The notes under the pieces are model-generated. The model ran no database searches, had not been told where the DNA came from, and saw only the letters and a list, made by a program, of their open reading frames with translations. 64,000 nt of DNA. Source: Octopus sinensis (lineage: Eukaryota). The stretch lies in contig NC_043017.1 of NCBI RefSeq assembly GCF_006345805.1, positions 30,008,001-30,072,000 on the forward strand, read 5' to 3'. Positions 40,956 to 55,245 of the stretch are shown here, piece after piece; positions within the stretch are counted from its first letter, which is position 1; every line of letters begins with the position of its first letter. The position numbers and the translations under genes are program-made.

Positions 40956-41711
40956 TGTAAGATACAGAAACAAATTAAACTTGGTATAGTAATTTTAAAA
41001 TAAGTAGAACAGAAATGCTGTTCCTGGAGTTTGAAAGGTTATTTAATGGATAAAACTAAAGGTGGTAGCAACGAGAGATATTGCTTTATATTACTGTCCC
41101 CTGACACTTGGAAATAGGTTATAGCATAAAGGTATGTGATAGTTAAGTGGGAAGTCCATTTAATAGGGTCGTAATGTGATCTCCATGTACTTTAGAAAGA
41201 ATTTATCAAAGTGTCGGCATTTACCAAATATTTGTGATCTATTTAGATAAAACTCATCTTTTATTTAATGTTTTGGTACGACGCACTTCAAATTTTTGCA
41301 TCAGTTGTATACTTTACTTATTTCTTTTTGGTCTGCATCGCACAAGTGTTTTCAACTTGCTATGGAAATCTCTAGGCTGGTCTTTCAAATTCCATATCTA
41401 ATTGAATAAAGCTGTTTTCTTTTCTATTTTACTGTGTCGGAAAGTACTATGATTGAAGTAACGTTCTTTAAATTTGCTTATCACCGTAGCTACACGTAGT
41501 TTACGCATTATATTATGCTTCGGTTTTCTGGAGATAAGTTTCATACAGCTTCATACAATTGTATATTTATATAAAGAACGATCAATCTATACATGCATCT
41601 ATCCTTGATTTCTCTCTATGTATCTAACCCTAGGTGTCTGTAACTGCATAGATCTGTATAAACATATATACATAGGCACACACACATTTATATGTGTGTT
41701 CGTGTGTGTGT

Positions 41712-42140
41712 GTGTGTGTTTGTGTATAAATATACACAGATACATACATATTCACACACATATTTGTAAATATACACAGATACATACATATTCACACACA
41801 TGTTTGTAAATATACACAGATACATACACACATATTCACAAATATACACAGATACATACATATTCACACACATATTTGTAAATATACACAGATACATACA
41901 TATTCACACACATGTTTGTAAATATACACAGATACATACACACATATTCACAAATATACACAGATACATAAATATTCACACACATATTTATAAATATACA
42001 TAGATACATATTCACACACATATTTGTAAATATACACAGATACATACATATTCACACACATGTTTGTAAATATACACAGATACATATTCACACACATATT
42101 TGTAAATATACACAGATACATACATACATACGTATTTACA
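41712..42140. repeat. Minisatellite with ~40-bp monomer and a 112-bp higher-order repeat
   Basis: Monomer tatttgtaaatatacacagatacatacatattcacacaca; higher-order units start at 41761, 41873 and 41985. Confidence 0.9.
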
Positions 42141-42872
42141 CACACTTATATATTTCTTTATGCGCTTGTATATATTCATATGATTGCTTTATTTATATAA
42201 ACATATTTTTTTACATATAAGAAAAAAATATAATACACAGGATTAAAAGTTTACAGTAATCTATGTATGTGAATAATAGCTACATATCATCAGATATTTG
42301 GGGGAATCTGAGAAGGAAGAGCTGCCCTAACATGCGGAAATCAAGAAGCATTGATATGAAACACACAAAATACTTCTACTACAGGTATTGTTTTGATCTT
42401 AAACATCAAACATACTGTTTTAGCTGAATGAAGTTGAATAATTACTATTGGTTTACTAGGAGTATTGAATAATTTCAATATCCATGGAATATTTACTACT
42501 AACCATTGCCATGCCTTAATATGGTACCAGAAATCTATAGACTATGCTTCAGGACTTCTGAATCGATTTGTTTTAATGTATTCTATGAAGATGTTTTTTT
42601 TTTATATTCATTCCCGTGCTTTAATTCTGCAAAACACACGCACCTTGTTCTCACACAAACATAAATGTATTTATGCAAGCGCTCACACACGCGCGTTTCT
42701 ATACATATATTAATGGCTGAGTCGATGATGTTTGCATTCACAGTCAGTGTCCAGTGTAGTTCATGTATCCTATTTAAGTGTCTTAACGTAGCTCGACAAG
42801 TAGACATAGGATGGCATAATACTCAGTAGGATATACTTCAGCTAGGATGCAACCCGATCACTGAGACGATTA

Positions 42873-42920
<48 letters not shown>

Positions 42921-43036
42921 CACATTGACCGACCAGTCCATCGGGCGTGCATTTGACACCGCTGTCACTGCACGCTGTCCACTCCTCTCTAGATCGTGCC
43001 TTCCTCGTCCACGTGATCCCAATCGCCCTCCTGATA

Positions 43037-43037
<1 letters not shown>
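42921..43037 (-). mobile_element. RTE-type LINE 3' tip
   Basis: IRRAIGITWTRKARSREEW resembles the RTE C-terminal G..W...A..R..W motif; GC-rich and enclosed by microsatellites. Confidence 0.6.
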
Positions 43038-43068
<31 letters not shown>

Positions 43069-43069
43069 T

Positions 43070-43102
<33 letters not shown>

Positions 43103-44512
43103 AAATTAATAAATAAAATAAAACATATGCATATATACATACATATATGTAAGTACCTACCTCTACATGTATATATACATGCATATATGGGTACAGGACA
43201 CCAAAATAACGTTGAACACAATGAGAAACGAAAACATAAACACCAAGGAATGGACATTTTTCTTAAACAACGAAAAAATAGAGTATATGACATACAATAC
43301 AAGGAAAATTCCCCTTCTTCAGTCGCCTTTGTTTCATATACTCCGCGTTTGGAATGTCAAGGCGAGACACGACTTTAATGAAATATTCCTTCCCGCGAAA
43401 AGCAAATTAAATAAAATTTGAGATTTTTTTGCGGAAGGGTAAAAATGGTAACAAAAACAAGGCAGTAACGACAGTACAAAATATAAACAGTAAAATACAG
43501 GACAAGGATAATAACAGTAACTCAGACAAGAAGGGCTGTTAAGCCGAACGAGAAAAATTACAGGCAACAGTGATTAGTGATCGCATTTTCTTTATTTAGT
43601 GTGTGTGTGTGTGTGTGTGTGTGTATAGGTATATGTGTTACGATAATCCTTGTGTCAACTTATCCGTTGACACAATGCTGTCTTCTTGTCCTTTTGTACC
43701 GAACGTTAGAATTTTGTAACTTCTCCCCTTGTAAGTCTTCTTTACTATAATGCAATCTCATCTCAGTTTTTAAATAATCACTTGTCCATCAGTAATTTTT
43801 GAAGATCATTTTTCCACACCTCATAGACATACGATACATTTTGTTTCATATGTCCACGTGGTGTGGAAAAATGAGCTCTGCTTTCCTTATATTTTCTCAT
43901 ATTTTCACAAAAACGTAATTACATTATGTTTATCTCCGAACCATTACAATTAAATTTTCACCTAAATCTATTGTCAATGCTGTGTGGTTCGTGATTTTAA
44001 GCCAGGATTATTCAGAATAATCTTATAATTGATGAAAGCATGAACGTTATATTTAAAATACTATATTCGTGAATCCTATTATATTTCATGATATCCTGAT
44101 ATATAGTTTAGGTGTTATATTACTCTGTGTTTAATCTCTGCTTGTATTTTTAGTTATCAAATTTTCTATAGTTACCGTTTTTTACGGAAATCTATTTCAC
44201 ATTGCATCTCTGCCAACCAAATTATTTCTATAAGATTTCAAGTTTTTGCAATGTATCATTATGCATTATTAATGGCTTTTTCCAAATCTATGCTCAACCG
44301 ATGAGAAAGGACTGAAATAGTATGTGTCATGATGTTTGGAAATGTCACGCATACAATGAAATTTTTTTTACACTGGTTGTCTGAATTACATTCTATATTC
44401 TACTTAGTTTGTGGTTTTTTGTCTAGATAAGTAAAGTTTTCATGCCGGTACACCGTAATACATTTAATCTTCCATTTATTGTCGTTCGGGTTGTTTGTAC
44501 TCTTATGAATGA

Positions 44513-44547
<35 letters not shown>

Positions 44548-44567
44548 ATATATTATTATTATTATCA

Positions 44568-44598
<31 letters not shown>

Positions 44599-45326
44599 TA
44601 TTTCGCTCGAGTCAGTCTCTTGCTGTTCCTCTACGTGTACGGATCCTCAGGAGAACTTACCTGAAGATCATCAGGACTTTCAGGTGAAATTCAGAATTAA
44701 ATATATATCATTAATTTCTACTTTTAACAAATGTTTATCTACATTTAACAAATATTCATTTGTGCGTTGGAATCCATATTCCAAATTTTGATGGTTTGTG
44801 TCTATTATTTTGCTGATGTTTAAACTTTTGACATGTGTGCATTTAGTCACTTCAAGATTCAATCCTTTGTTTTCTCTCTCCATCACTGTTTCATATTTAT
44901 TTATTTATTCAATTCAATATCATTATTCTGTATTGTTTTCTCCGTGAATAATACTTATTAATATTTTCCCTCCCGTGAGAGCTGGCTTTAAAAGTTTGGC
45001 GACGTCAAATGTTATGTATACATAAATTGTCTCAAAGTTCGCTTGGAATATCTCCTTACAGCACAGTATGTATCTATGGAAAGTAAACTCTTATAAAATT
45101 TGTTCATTTAACCGCATTGTAATGGTACAATAAATTGAAAATAAAGCAATATGAAGAATTAAATGACCTAGTTAACATAAGTAATATGATACAATAAAAC
45201 TACACATAGGAATTAATTTATTGAAGTCAAAAACGAAGACAGCTAACTCTATTACAAAGAGCGAAACGAAAACTAATTTTAGGCTCCCATACATGCTCTC
45301 TCTCTCTCTCTCTCTCTCTCTCATGT

Positions 45327-45552
45327 CTTTATTGCCCACAAGGGGCTAAACATAGAGGGGACAAACAAGGACAGATAAAGGGATTCAATCGATTACATCG
45401 ACTCCAGTGTGTAACTGGTACTTAATTTATCGAACCCGAGAAGATGAAAGGCAAAGTCGACCTCGGCTGAATTTGAACTGAGAACGTAAAGACAGACGAA
45501 ACACCACTAAGTATTTCGCCCGGCGTGCTAACGTTTCTGCCAGCTCACCGCC
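45327..45552 (-). mobile_element. SINE-B, long-tail subtype, inserted in (CT)n
   Basis: Full head to tail, with (CT)n on both flanks. Confidence 0.92.
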
Positions 45553-45559
45553 TTATGCC

Positions 45560-45604
<45 letters not shown>

Positions 45605-46295
45605 CATACAGAAATGGAGACAATCTACTGCTCTGCCCTTTCTAAGCGTGGTCAAACTTTCGTTCAAGGCAGCAAATATTTCCCCAAGTAATATTCTCCC
45701 GAAGAAATCCGTAACTCACAGAATAGCAGTAGGAAAGCGTGAGTACCAACTGAAAAGAGGATCTGCCGTGTATGATCAGTTTTCACCCAAATGCAATATG
45801 CAGATGCACTGCGACCTACGGCGGTCGAGCTACACACGTATTTGAAGTGTGACACAAAATATATAGCGCATTATCTTATATGATAACAAAAAAAATACTG
45901 AAATGAAGCCATAAATACTCTTTCAGAATACCCATTTAGATGATTCATACAGGATGGCCATCACTGACACCTCACCAAGCATTACCCCAATTTTACTACT
46001 GTACATAAGAAAAGAGTTACAGCTCAGCAGCAAAGGTAGGACTTCATGTCTAAGTGATTTATCCTTGTGATATGAAGCAATATGCATAAAGCTTAACGAA
46101 GCGTAACAATCTGCAGACATAGAGCACGTGGAGATGAACGTAGCAAAAGCGTGTCATGCTTCGTACAGTCGGAAAATATGGTAAAACCCCTAAAAATGGC
46201 GGACTCTTGACCGTGTTCTCATAATGAAAGTCAGCCTGGGACACGCCATTTGCAGAAAGAAAATAAATCAATGCCGTAGTATGTACATCATATAA

Positions 46296-46490
46296 AGGTG
46301 GTGACCTGGCAGAATCGCTTAGCATTTCGCCCCTCTTTTCGTCCTGAGTTTTTAATTCCGCCAAGGTCGACATTGCATTTCATCCTTTCGGGGCCGATGA
46401 AATAAATGCCGGTTGAGCACTGGGATCGATGTATTCGACTTAACCCCACCCTGGAATTTCCGGGCTTTGTGCAGAAATTTCGAACCAATA
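46296..46490 (+). mobile_element. SINE-B, short-tail subtype, with a head deletion
   Basis: aattccgccaaggtcgacattgcatttcatcctttcgggg...gatcgatgtattcgac. Confidence 0.8.
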
Positions 46491-47322
46491 TGTACATCGT
46501 ATCTTTCTCCTGACACGTTTATTCACGATAATGTATTTATAATAATAATAATACAAAGATTACATGCGAAACAAGTTCAACATATCAGTGTGATACTGTT
46601 GGCGACTTCGATTTCCTTAACATTAAATTATTCAAAGGTGACATAATTTCAGGACTGTTACGCCGTGAAGATTGTCACGTAGAGACTTCATTTCATCTCT
46701 CTAAAACCATGTTTATGTAACGAATAATACTGTGCTCGACCAGTAGCAATAACATGTTGGATCTATGCTTCACTAATAACATGCTCCGCATCCATTATGT
46801 AAATGATACATACCATAGTAGAACTAACAATTTATCATCCGTAGAAAATAAAAGATATCACACAGGAATCACACGAAACCTATCCAGCCAGATCTTCTAT
46901 AAAGCTGACTGAAACAAAATTTGCCGGAAATTTTCTCTATACTAGACAATGATAGGAAACCTAAAGAATTTATGTAAATAATGCAAATAATATGCATTAG
47001 ATTCGTCCCCGAGTGAAGAATCCTCATGAATAATGGTTCCTCATTTCGGAATCGTATTACTAACATGGCAAAAATGTACAGGCGAGTGACTAATTGGTTT
47101 CTGCATTCAATCAAAACAAGGAAAACAAATATGATGATCCAATTGGGAACAATTTGTTTGACAGATATCATGGATTACTGATCCCTATTAAAGGTCTCTC
47201 AAAGAGGGGCTCTCGAAGCAGTTTAATGCTGTTACGCCAAGATTGCTTCAGGGCAACAGATGAAGAAAAGGGAGTATTAAAGAACAAAGTCGAAAAGTGG
47301 TTCATATGAGTGTGTATCAAAC

Positions 47323-47735
47323 ACAGTCGTGGTTCTGTGGTAAGAAGCTCGCTTCCTAACTACATAAATCCAGGATCAGTCCCACTGCGGGGCAACTTAG
47401 GCAAGTGTTTTTTTTTTTACTGTAGCCTCGAGCCAATCAAATGCTTGTAAGTAGATTTAGTTGACGGAAACTGAAATAAGATTATCGTAGATATATTTTT
47501 ATATATCTAAGTATGTGTGCGTGTCTCTCAGTATCTGTTTGTGCCCACATTATCGCTTGACAACCGCTGTGGGTGTGTTGAAGTCCCCGTAACTTAGGGG
47601 TTCAGTAAATGATGGAATAAGTACTAGGATTTACAAGTAAGTTTTGGGGTCGATTTGTTCGACTAAAACTCCTCAAAGTGGTGCTCCAGTATGTCGGATG
47701 TCAAACGACAGAAACGAGTAAAAGAATAATAGAAT
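47323..47735 (+). mobile_element. SINE-A, diverged
   Basis: ggtaagaagctcgcttcct...cagtcccactgcg...ggggtcgatttgttcgact. Confidence 0.85.
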
Positions 47736-47741
47736 AAAGAA

Positions 47742-47818
<77 letters not shown>

Positions 47819-50482
47819 TACGAGTAAGTAGCTGGCGATTTTACTGCTTAAGTCACTGCATGGTTGCGCTAATTCTTTTGGTGTAAGGACTAGATACTCT
47901 AAGAGCTCACTGTTATATGGCCCACTTCTTTTCAATCCCTGTTCAAAAAACTTTGGAGAAGAAGGAGGCGTGGATATGGTGTTGTCTTCTACAAGCACGT
48001 ACACACATTTTTAGTTTAGATATTAGATTAAGCCACGTCAAGAAACGGAACTCAATGAAGGAGGCGTTGTTCAAATTCTTGCTTAACTACAATTAAATAC
48101 GGATGGAGACCTGTGCATATATAATAAAATAAAACACCCATAAAAATAGTGGAACCCTTGTATAGCCATAATATCTGCAAGAAAATTATAAGTTTTGCGC
48201 ACACAACCATACACTTATATATATATAGGTAAACTCGTTCACGAGCAAATATATATTAATTCATATTTTGTTTCAACTGATCTATTGAGTGATAATATAT
48301 GCACTTTTAAAATATTGTGCACTGGTATTAGTTTATTAGGAGAGATATAATATTTAACCCCTAAAATTACCCCACCTCCCAAACATACCCTGCATATGAA
48401 TGATCACATATTTGGGTTCAAAGGTATATTGAATATCAGTCAGATTGCAATAACGCATAAAAACTAAGTTTTTTAGATAACATCTCTGTCATTTTATACA
48501 CACACAAGCATGTATGTAAACATTGATACACATGCGCGTATATAATTACATATGTGTGAGTGTGTATGCATATGATTAAGTACACAAGACTGTGCATTGT
48601 AAACGCATACACACACATACACGTACACATATCCACATACATATATAATGCGTTTAGCCTTCTCTGGACCTTTGTGCTCTCTCCTGCCATTTGGCGTATT
48701 GCCATGGAGAAATCGAGAGAAGTTCTTTGACATTTGCAAGTGGCTTTACAATATTGGCATGTTTTTGCACGCGCGTGCGCGTTTCCCTATGTGATTCTTT
48801 AAAAGAAAGGGTTATAATTTGTATGAGTGTGTATGTAATCCCTCCCTACAAGAAGAAAACTCCTTTTACTTTGAGCCCACTTGATGCTATTAACATTAAG
48901 TGTCCTTTAGCAATATATAATGCCGATCGAGGTTTTCTGTGTGAAACGCAGTAAACTAAACTACTGAGTTTCCCTCTCATTCAAACACCACAATCACTTT
49001 CACTTTCTTCGAGAATTTAATTTTTAATTTGTTTTTATTTTGCAAGGTCTTTCAACGAGTAATTAGTTCAGTCATGTGATCAATTGGAGTATTTCGCGTC
49101 GAAACTAACATACATCTATCAAATTATATTTATGTGTGTATCAAATTCAAAAACCTAAGCTTTTCCCCCGTTAACAGAAATGCCAAGGTGTCATTGCAAC
49201 TAACAGGAAGCTGTAGAAATATAATTCATTAATCCATTCTACAGGATTATTAAGATAAACGTGATGAGAAAATTCCTGCCAGGCTTAATTCTGCAGCGTA
49301 TTTTCATTTTTATGATTATTACCATTATTAGAAGTTATTATTAACTAGAAATCATTTCAAAAAGAATGTATCACACATAAAATATTAATTATTATTGTCA
49401 TCATTATCATTATTACCATTATTACCTTGAGTACGTGTCATCAGATAGCTGCTAGAAAATTGGATTGTAACCAAGAAGCTCTTGAGAATTGAATATGATT
49501 TTTTTTCATTTGTTATAAAATATTTTGCATAGAAAGGAATTTGCAGCCGGTATAATTTTATCCCAATACCTGGCTAGACAAAAGGTCTGTCTTTTAGATA
49601 TTATTTTATTGTTTTCCCCCAAAATATTATGTTTACAATGTATTGTATGCAGAATTTCAACTAAAGAGTGTAGCTCGGGATACAACTGTTCTTAAGAAAG
49701 CTTTCAAATAGCTACTGAATACACGGAAACGATTTTTGAAGCGAATAAAAAAAATTTATATCAAAACTAAACTCAAAGTGGCTTAATGAAACATCACATA
49801 GACACGCAAGTTCACACTGTCATAATTTGACACCATGAAATTCTAGTTTGCACGATATGACAGAAGAGTGTCATCACCATCAACGGCAACGCAGACATGT
49901 ACTAGGTTACTAACAGTTCTGTCTACACATTACAAAGATTTCATACATGGCTTGAGTTCATTGAGTTCATGGCAGTATATCTCGCAAAAGACAAAGAGCA
50001 TTAACAATTTAATTTATTCAAAAGTAGCCGAAGTAGAAAGAGAGTTCTTCTCCACAACAAAGGCATCTGGTGGTTTATATTGGCTTGAAAATGAAGAATT
50101 ATAAATGAAATCTAAATGGCATATGGCAAAACGTATTTTCCTTTTCTCCAATAGGACAGCATGCGGCATTGGTTGTGACGATTAATTTATGAAACATTGT
50201 CAGCTTTTAATTAAATATAAGGCCACAGAATAAGTGGCTGTGCGTTGCCATTATAGGGAAGCTGGACTTGAACGAACACAGAATCTGAATTAGTACCACA
50301 TACCCTTAAAATATTCTATGGGAAACACGTCGGAAGATTTGAATAACACCTGCGTATGACACTATTTCTTAATTTATATATACATATAAATATATATATA
50401 CATGCATACATACATATATATATATACATGCATACATACATATATATATATATATATTTATATATACATATATATATATACA

Positions 50483-50521
<39 letters not shown>

Positions 50522-50629
50522 TATGATAGAGGAGAATATATTTATATATACGACCATAAATTTCACTCCGGCTTGGGGGCTATGTGTGTATGTTTCTTTG
50601 TGCGTGTATGTATGTCTATCTCCGAGAAT

Positions 50630-50735
50630 GTAAGTACGAGATGGAAACATAAATACTGGTGACGATTTGTTTGACTAAACGTTGCATGGCGATGCTCCAG
50701 CAAAGACGCACTCGAATAACTGAAACGAGTAATAC
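50630..50735 (+). mobile_element. Degenerate SINE-A 3' fragment
   Basis: taagtac...gacgatttgtttgactaaa...ggcgatgctccagc. Confidence 0.5.
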
Positions 50736-51296
50736 GAAAAACGTAGACACAATGTTTCGTCCATTTGAACGCTAAAGTCTGGGTCTCTATCAGATTCTAA
50801 TTTGTTGTTAGAATTTTATCTAAGGATAAATACTTCACTTACGTACATCACGAAAGGTTAACATACACCACATAGGTTCTCTGACGAAATTATACAATTA
50901 AAAAGCAAACGGAAGAACTCACTCTATTATTATAAAAACTTTATACCCAGCAATAATGGAATTCAATTCATAAAACGAATTATCTTGATAACACGATGAT
51001 GTATTTAATCTGATATTCTAAGTTTTCAACGAAAACCATCACCCATTAGAAGATATAGTAATATCAAATCTCATTCATTTATTTAAGTATTAATGTTTAT
51101 TTTTTTTCCTTTCGTATATACTGATTTCTATGTACAAAATAACGTCGACATGGTAGGAAAATGTAAGCTGCTATGGAAGTACTGGTCGTTTTTAATTGAG
51201 AAGAGTTCACTTGAGCACGATCTTTTTATTTAAACTACAGCAATTACTAACTTTGTGCAAGCAACATTTACAATGCTCTGGTAGGTACATAGAAAG

Positions 51297-51328
<32 letters not shown>

Positions 51329-51559
51329 TTGCCTTCTCTTTCTCCCTCACACAATATCTCGATCTGTTTTCTCTCCCCCTCTACCTCTCGGTTTCTCTGT
51401 GCCTTGCTCTATTTCCCTTTCGGCGAACGCTCAATCCTCGTTATAGTATAATGCATCGCCATGATGCATAATCAGGATGAGTGCACAAATAAATACACGC
51501 GCACGCGTATGCGTGTACAAAGAGAACACACAAACGATATACAAACATTACATTGATAT

Positions 51560-51893
51560 TTATAAGTGTGTGGGTCTGTGTGTGTGTATATATATGTATA
51601 TATATATGTGTATGTATATATGTATATGTGTGTGTGTGTATATATATATATATATTATATATATATGTATGTATATATATGTATATATATATATATATGT
51701 GTGTTGTATATATATATGTGTATATTATATGTATATATATATGTGTGTATATATATATATGTGTGTATATATATGTATATATATATATGTGTNNNNNNNN
51801 NNNNNNNNNNNNNNNNNNNNNNNNNNNNNNNNNNNNNNNNNNNNNNNNNNNNNNNNNNNNNNNNNNNNNNNNNNNNNNNNNNNNNNNNNNNNT

Positions 51894-51934
<41 letters not shown>

Positions 51935-52200
51935 TAGGTATATATATATATTATATAATATATATATATATTTTTAGGTATATATATATATCTATATATA
52001 TAATATATATACTTATACATATATTTTTAGGTATATATATATATATATTATATAGATATAGATATTATATATATATTTATACATATAACATATAGGTATA
52101 TGTATGTATATATATATATTTATCGACGTACACATTACTCATACATACTCACACGTATACAAACACTCACACACATACACACACACATGGATTTGATAGA
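51560..52200. repeat. (TG)/(TA) microsatellite with repeated tttttaggtata units, spanning the assembly gap
   Basis: Directly visible. Confidence 0.9.
51793..51892. other. Assembly gap of 100 N
   Basis: Run of exactly 100 N, probably a placeholder of unknown true size. Confidence 0.99.
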
Positions 52201-52389
52201 TGGATAGATTGATAGATAGATACGCACAAGGGAAAGAGTTTGAGAGACAGAGTGTCCGTAATTTTTGGCAGTCTGCGTTATCTAAACTACTGTAGATAGT
52301 TTTGGGTCAATCTGAGGCTATAAATTGAAACATATGTCCCACGTAGTTACTCATTAGGATTGAATCCGAAACCAACTAGTTGCGAAGAC

Positions 52390-52781
52390 ACTCTTTTACT
52401 ACTTTACTTGTTTCAGTCATTTTGACTGCGGCCATGCTGGAGCACCGCCTTTAGTCGAGCATATCGACCCCGGGACTTATTCTTTGTAAGCCCAGTACTT
52501 ATTCTATCGGTCTCTTTTGCCGAACAACTAAGTGACGGGGACGTAAACACATTGTCAAGCAATGCTAGGGGGACAAACACAGACACACAAACACATACAC
52601 GCACACATATATATATATACATATATACGACGGGCTTCTTTCAGTTTCCGTCTACCAAATCCACTCACAAGGCATTGGTCGGACCGGGGCTATAGCAGAA
52701 AATACTAGCCCAAGATGCCACGCAGTGGGACTGAACCCGAAACCATGTGGTTGGTTAGCAAGCTACTTACCACACAGCCAC
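52390..52781 (-). mobile_element. SINE-A, near full length
   Basis: All modules are present. Confidence 0.93.
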
Positions 52782-53249
52782 GTTCGTAACCATGCAACCT
52801 TGTCGGTTGTGTAGCAACTTACTTGTTTGATCTTTGTAATTTAACTTTCGACTTCTATTTAGAGAATTTTCAATTTGCAAACTTAACAATAACGGCAATG
52901 TAAAGACTGATTGATCGAGATTCTTTGTTGGTGTCTTTAGGCTTTCACACAATTCTCTTTGTTAGTGCCTCCAATGGCCATTCACTGACCTCTATTCTGA
53001 GCATATCCTATTGGAGACGTTCGTTAATTGAAACAGTCACTTATTATGGACGCCATTTTAAGGCCCCAGCAATCGTTTCATTTCCATTCATTTATACCTT
53101 ATGAATTTTATTTTATTGACGTCGGATTTATAGGATTCAGTTTATTAATACCATATGCAAATGCAACGGAAAATACACTGCATGCCCAATGGCTAATCTA
53201 TGAAGGTATTAAATTCTGATCTGTTGATTTAGTAAAGCGTTATTGCTAA

Positions 53250-53440
53250 TGTCTATACATCAACTACTGAAAGGTAATGCAAGATCGGTCTGTATGTTAC
53301 TGATACTTCCATATGATCCAGCAACACAACTCGAATGCGCCTGTCGCTGGCCATTTCAATGCCCAGATCCGTGTTCGCGGCGCATGTTTGAAATATCAGC
53401 CACTTGTCCTTCAAAGAGCACGCGAAAAATTTGAAGAGTA
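53250..53440 (+). pseudogene. Probable Penelope-like GIY-YIG endonuclease relic
   Basis: One frame reads CLYI..*...DRSVCY*YFHMIQQHNSNAPVAGHFN...RAREKFEE*. PVA.HFN after an LYI/DR-like segment is typical of Penelope-like endonuclease C-termini; several stops are present. Confidence 0.45.
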
Positions 53441-54429
53441 ACGTAGTTAAGGTTGTTCTTAGTATATTTAAAAGGTTAAAGTTACATCTGGAACAACATA
53501 CGCAGCCCTGCGAGCCGGACCGAAGCACAAACAGATATTCTAGTCTGGATAGTGACAATTAATCATAAAATAATTTGTTCACCATATAACGCACTATAAA
53601 TAGTTGAAAGGATCGTTATACATTATAGAAATGTTATTAAATAAAACGAAAATAGAAAATATAAGTTGTTAGCAAAATTCTCATGCATCAATGAATGGCG
53701 AAAATTCATTTGCAAGTGACTTTAAACAGTTCAAGTAAGCGTCTGTAAGACGCGAGGAGAGAGAGAAAATGTCCAAGTGAACACAAAAGTCTTGATAAAA
53801 GCAATTGCATGATAGCAAAAGATGATGAATGCTTGATAACAAGCTTGCACTGCTATGGTTGGCAAATGTTTGAATAACGTTCATGTCACAAGAATCCATG
53901 TGGATTTACATGTACCTGAATTTAAATTCCTTTTGTCTATACAAATTGAAATTTAAATAAGTCACCTTTCCTCCGAAATATATCCATAAACTGCTTTTTT
54001 TATTTATTGCGACATCAATCTCTAAGATGCACTGACTGACTAGTTGCAATCAATGTTCGTATCAGCTTCTGTCTTATTCCTACTCTGAATGCATGCAAAC
54101 AATATATATATTATACACGACATTTTAACATTATAATTTTTTTGTCATGAAATTTAATTGGGAACTCGGATAATTTCTGCCACAGCTCCGATGCGCACAC
54201 CGATAACCTTTTCATATCATTTTAGAATCTTGCCTGATTAACCAGGACTAACTGAACGCTAATGAACGAGCAGAAACAGCAATTACAACAACAGTTATAC
54301 ACTCATTGAAGTAAGCACTGCTGATACAATAAAGTCATTAAAAGATTATTGAGTTTGGAAGGGGATTAAGATCAGGAGATGGTTTAATTAAACGTAATAA
54401 TGATCATTTCTACAATAGGCACAATGCTT

Positions 54430-54605
54430 GAAATTTTGCAGGAGGGTGATGGTCGATTACATCGACACCTGATTTCGTCTGGTATATTTTTCATTGGCAC
54501 TGAAAGGATGAAAAGCAAAGTCAACGTTAAAATAATTTTAGCTCAAATTGTAAAGAGCCGGAAGAAATACGCTGAGTATTTTGTTCGGCGTATTAAAGAC
54601 TCTGA
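54430..54605 (-). mobile_element. Degenerate SINE-B
   Basis: gtcgattacatcgac...gaaaggatgaaaagcaaagtcaac. Confidence 0.65.
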
Positions 54606-54805
54606 CTGATCGTGGCATTAGTGAGACGTAATGATAAATTGCTAGTTTCATTCGCAAAAGAGACCGCCATGGGCCATGGAAAATATCGTCCTTTATTTAT
54701 CAAGTCAGACCACGTTTAAAACTTCTCCATGGGCGTATCTATTAGAAGATGCTTTATGTAATATCCCAAGTGTTAACCAATTAACATCTGAGATATAGCT
54801 GGTGT

Positions 54806-54983
54806 AGCGCAGGCGTGTATGTACGGTAAGAAGCTTGCTTCCCAACCACATGGTTCCATTTCAGTCCCACAGCGTTGCACCTTTTGGGCAAGTGTCTTCT
54901 GCTATAGCCTCGAACCGATCAAAGACTTGTGAGTGCATTTGGCAGACGGAAACTGAAAGAAGCACGTCATATATCTATATCTA

Positions 54984-55057
<74 letters not shown>

Positions 55058-55245
55058 GATATATTTATGTGTGCGTGTTTGTACCTCCCTTGCCATCACT
55101 TGGCAACCGGTGCTGGTGTGTTTACGGTCCTGTAACTTAGTGGTTCGGCACAAGAAAAGGAAAGCATAAATCCAGGGGTTTATTTATTCGACTAAAAGGC
55201 GGTGCTCTAGCATGGCCACAGTCAAACGACTGAAGCAAGGAAAAC
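54806..55245 (+). mobile_element. SINE-A, diverged
   Basis: ggtaagaagcttgcttcccaaccacatgg...ggcggtgctctagcatggccacagtcaaacgactg. Confidence 0.88.

Noticed and set aside
43170-43560. Repeat-like segment containing CTGAAGA on the minus strand
   Set aside because: There is no second copy in the window, and no GAAA or helices in hammerhead register.
44655-44886. Strong minus-strand donor cag|gtaagt and a 68-aa ORF
   Set aside because: The ORF ends before the donor, and only a 16-nt microexon would fit.
51793-51892. N run as a biological feature
   Set aside because: It is an assembly gap, so distances across it are unreliable.
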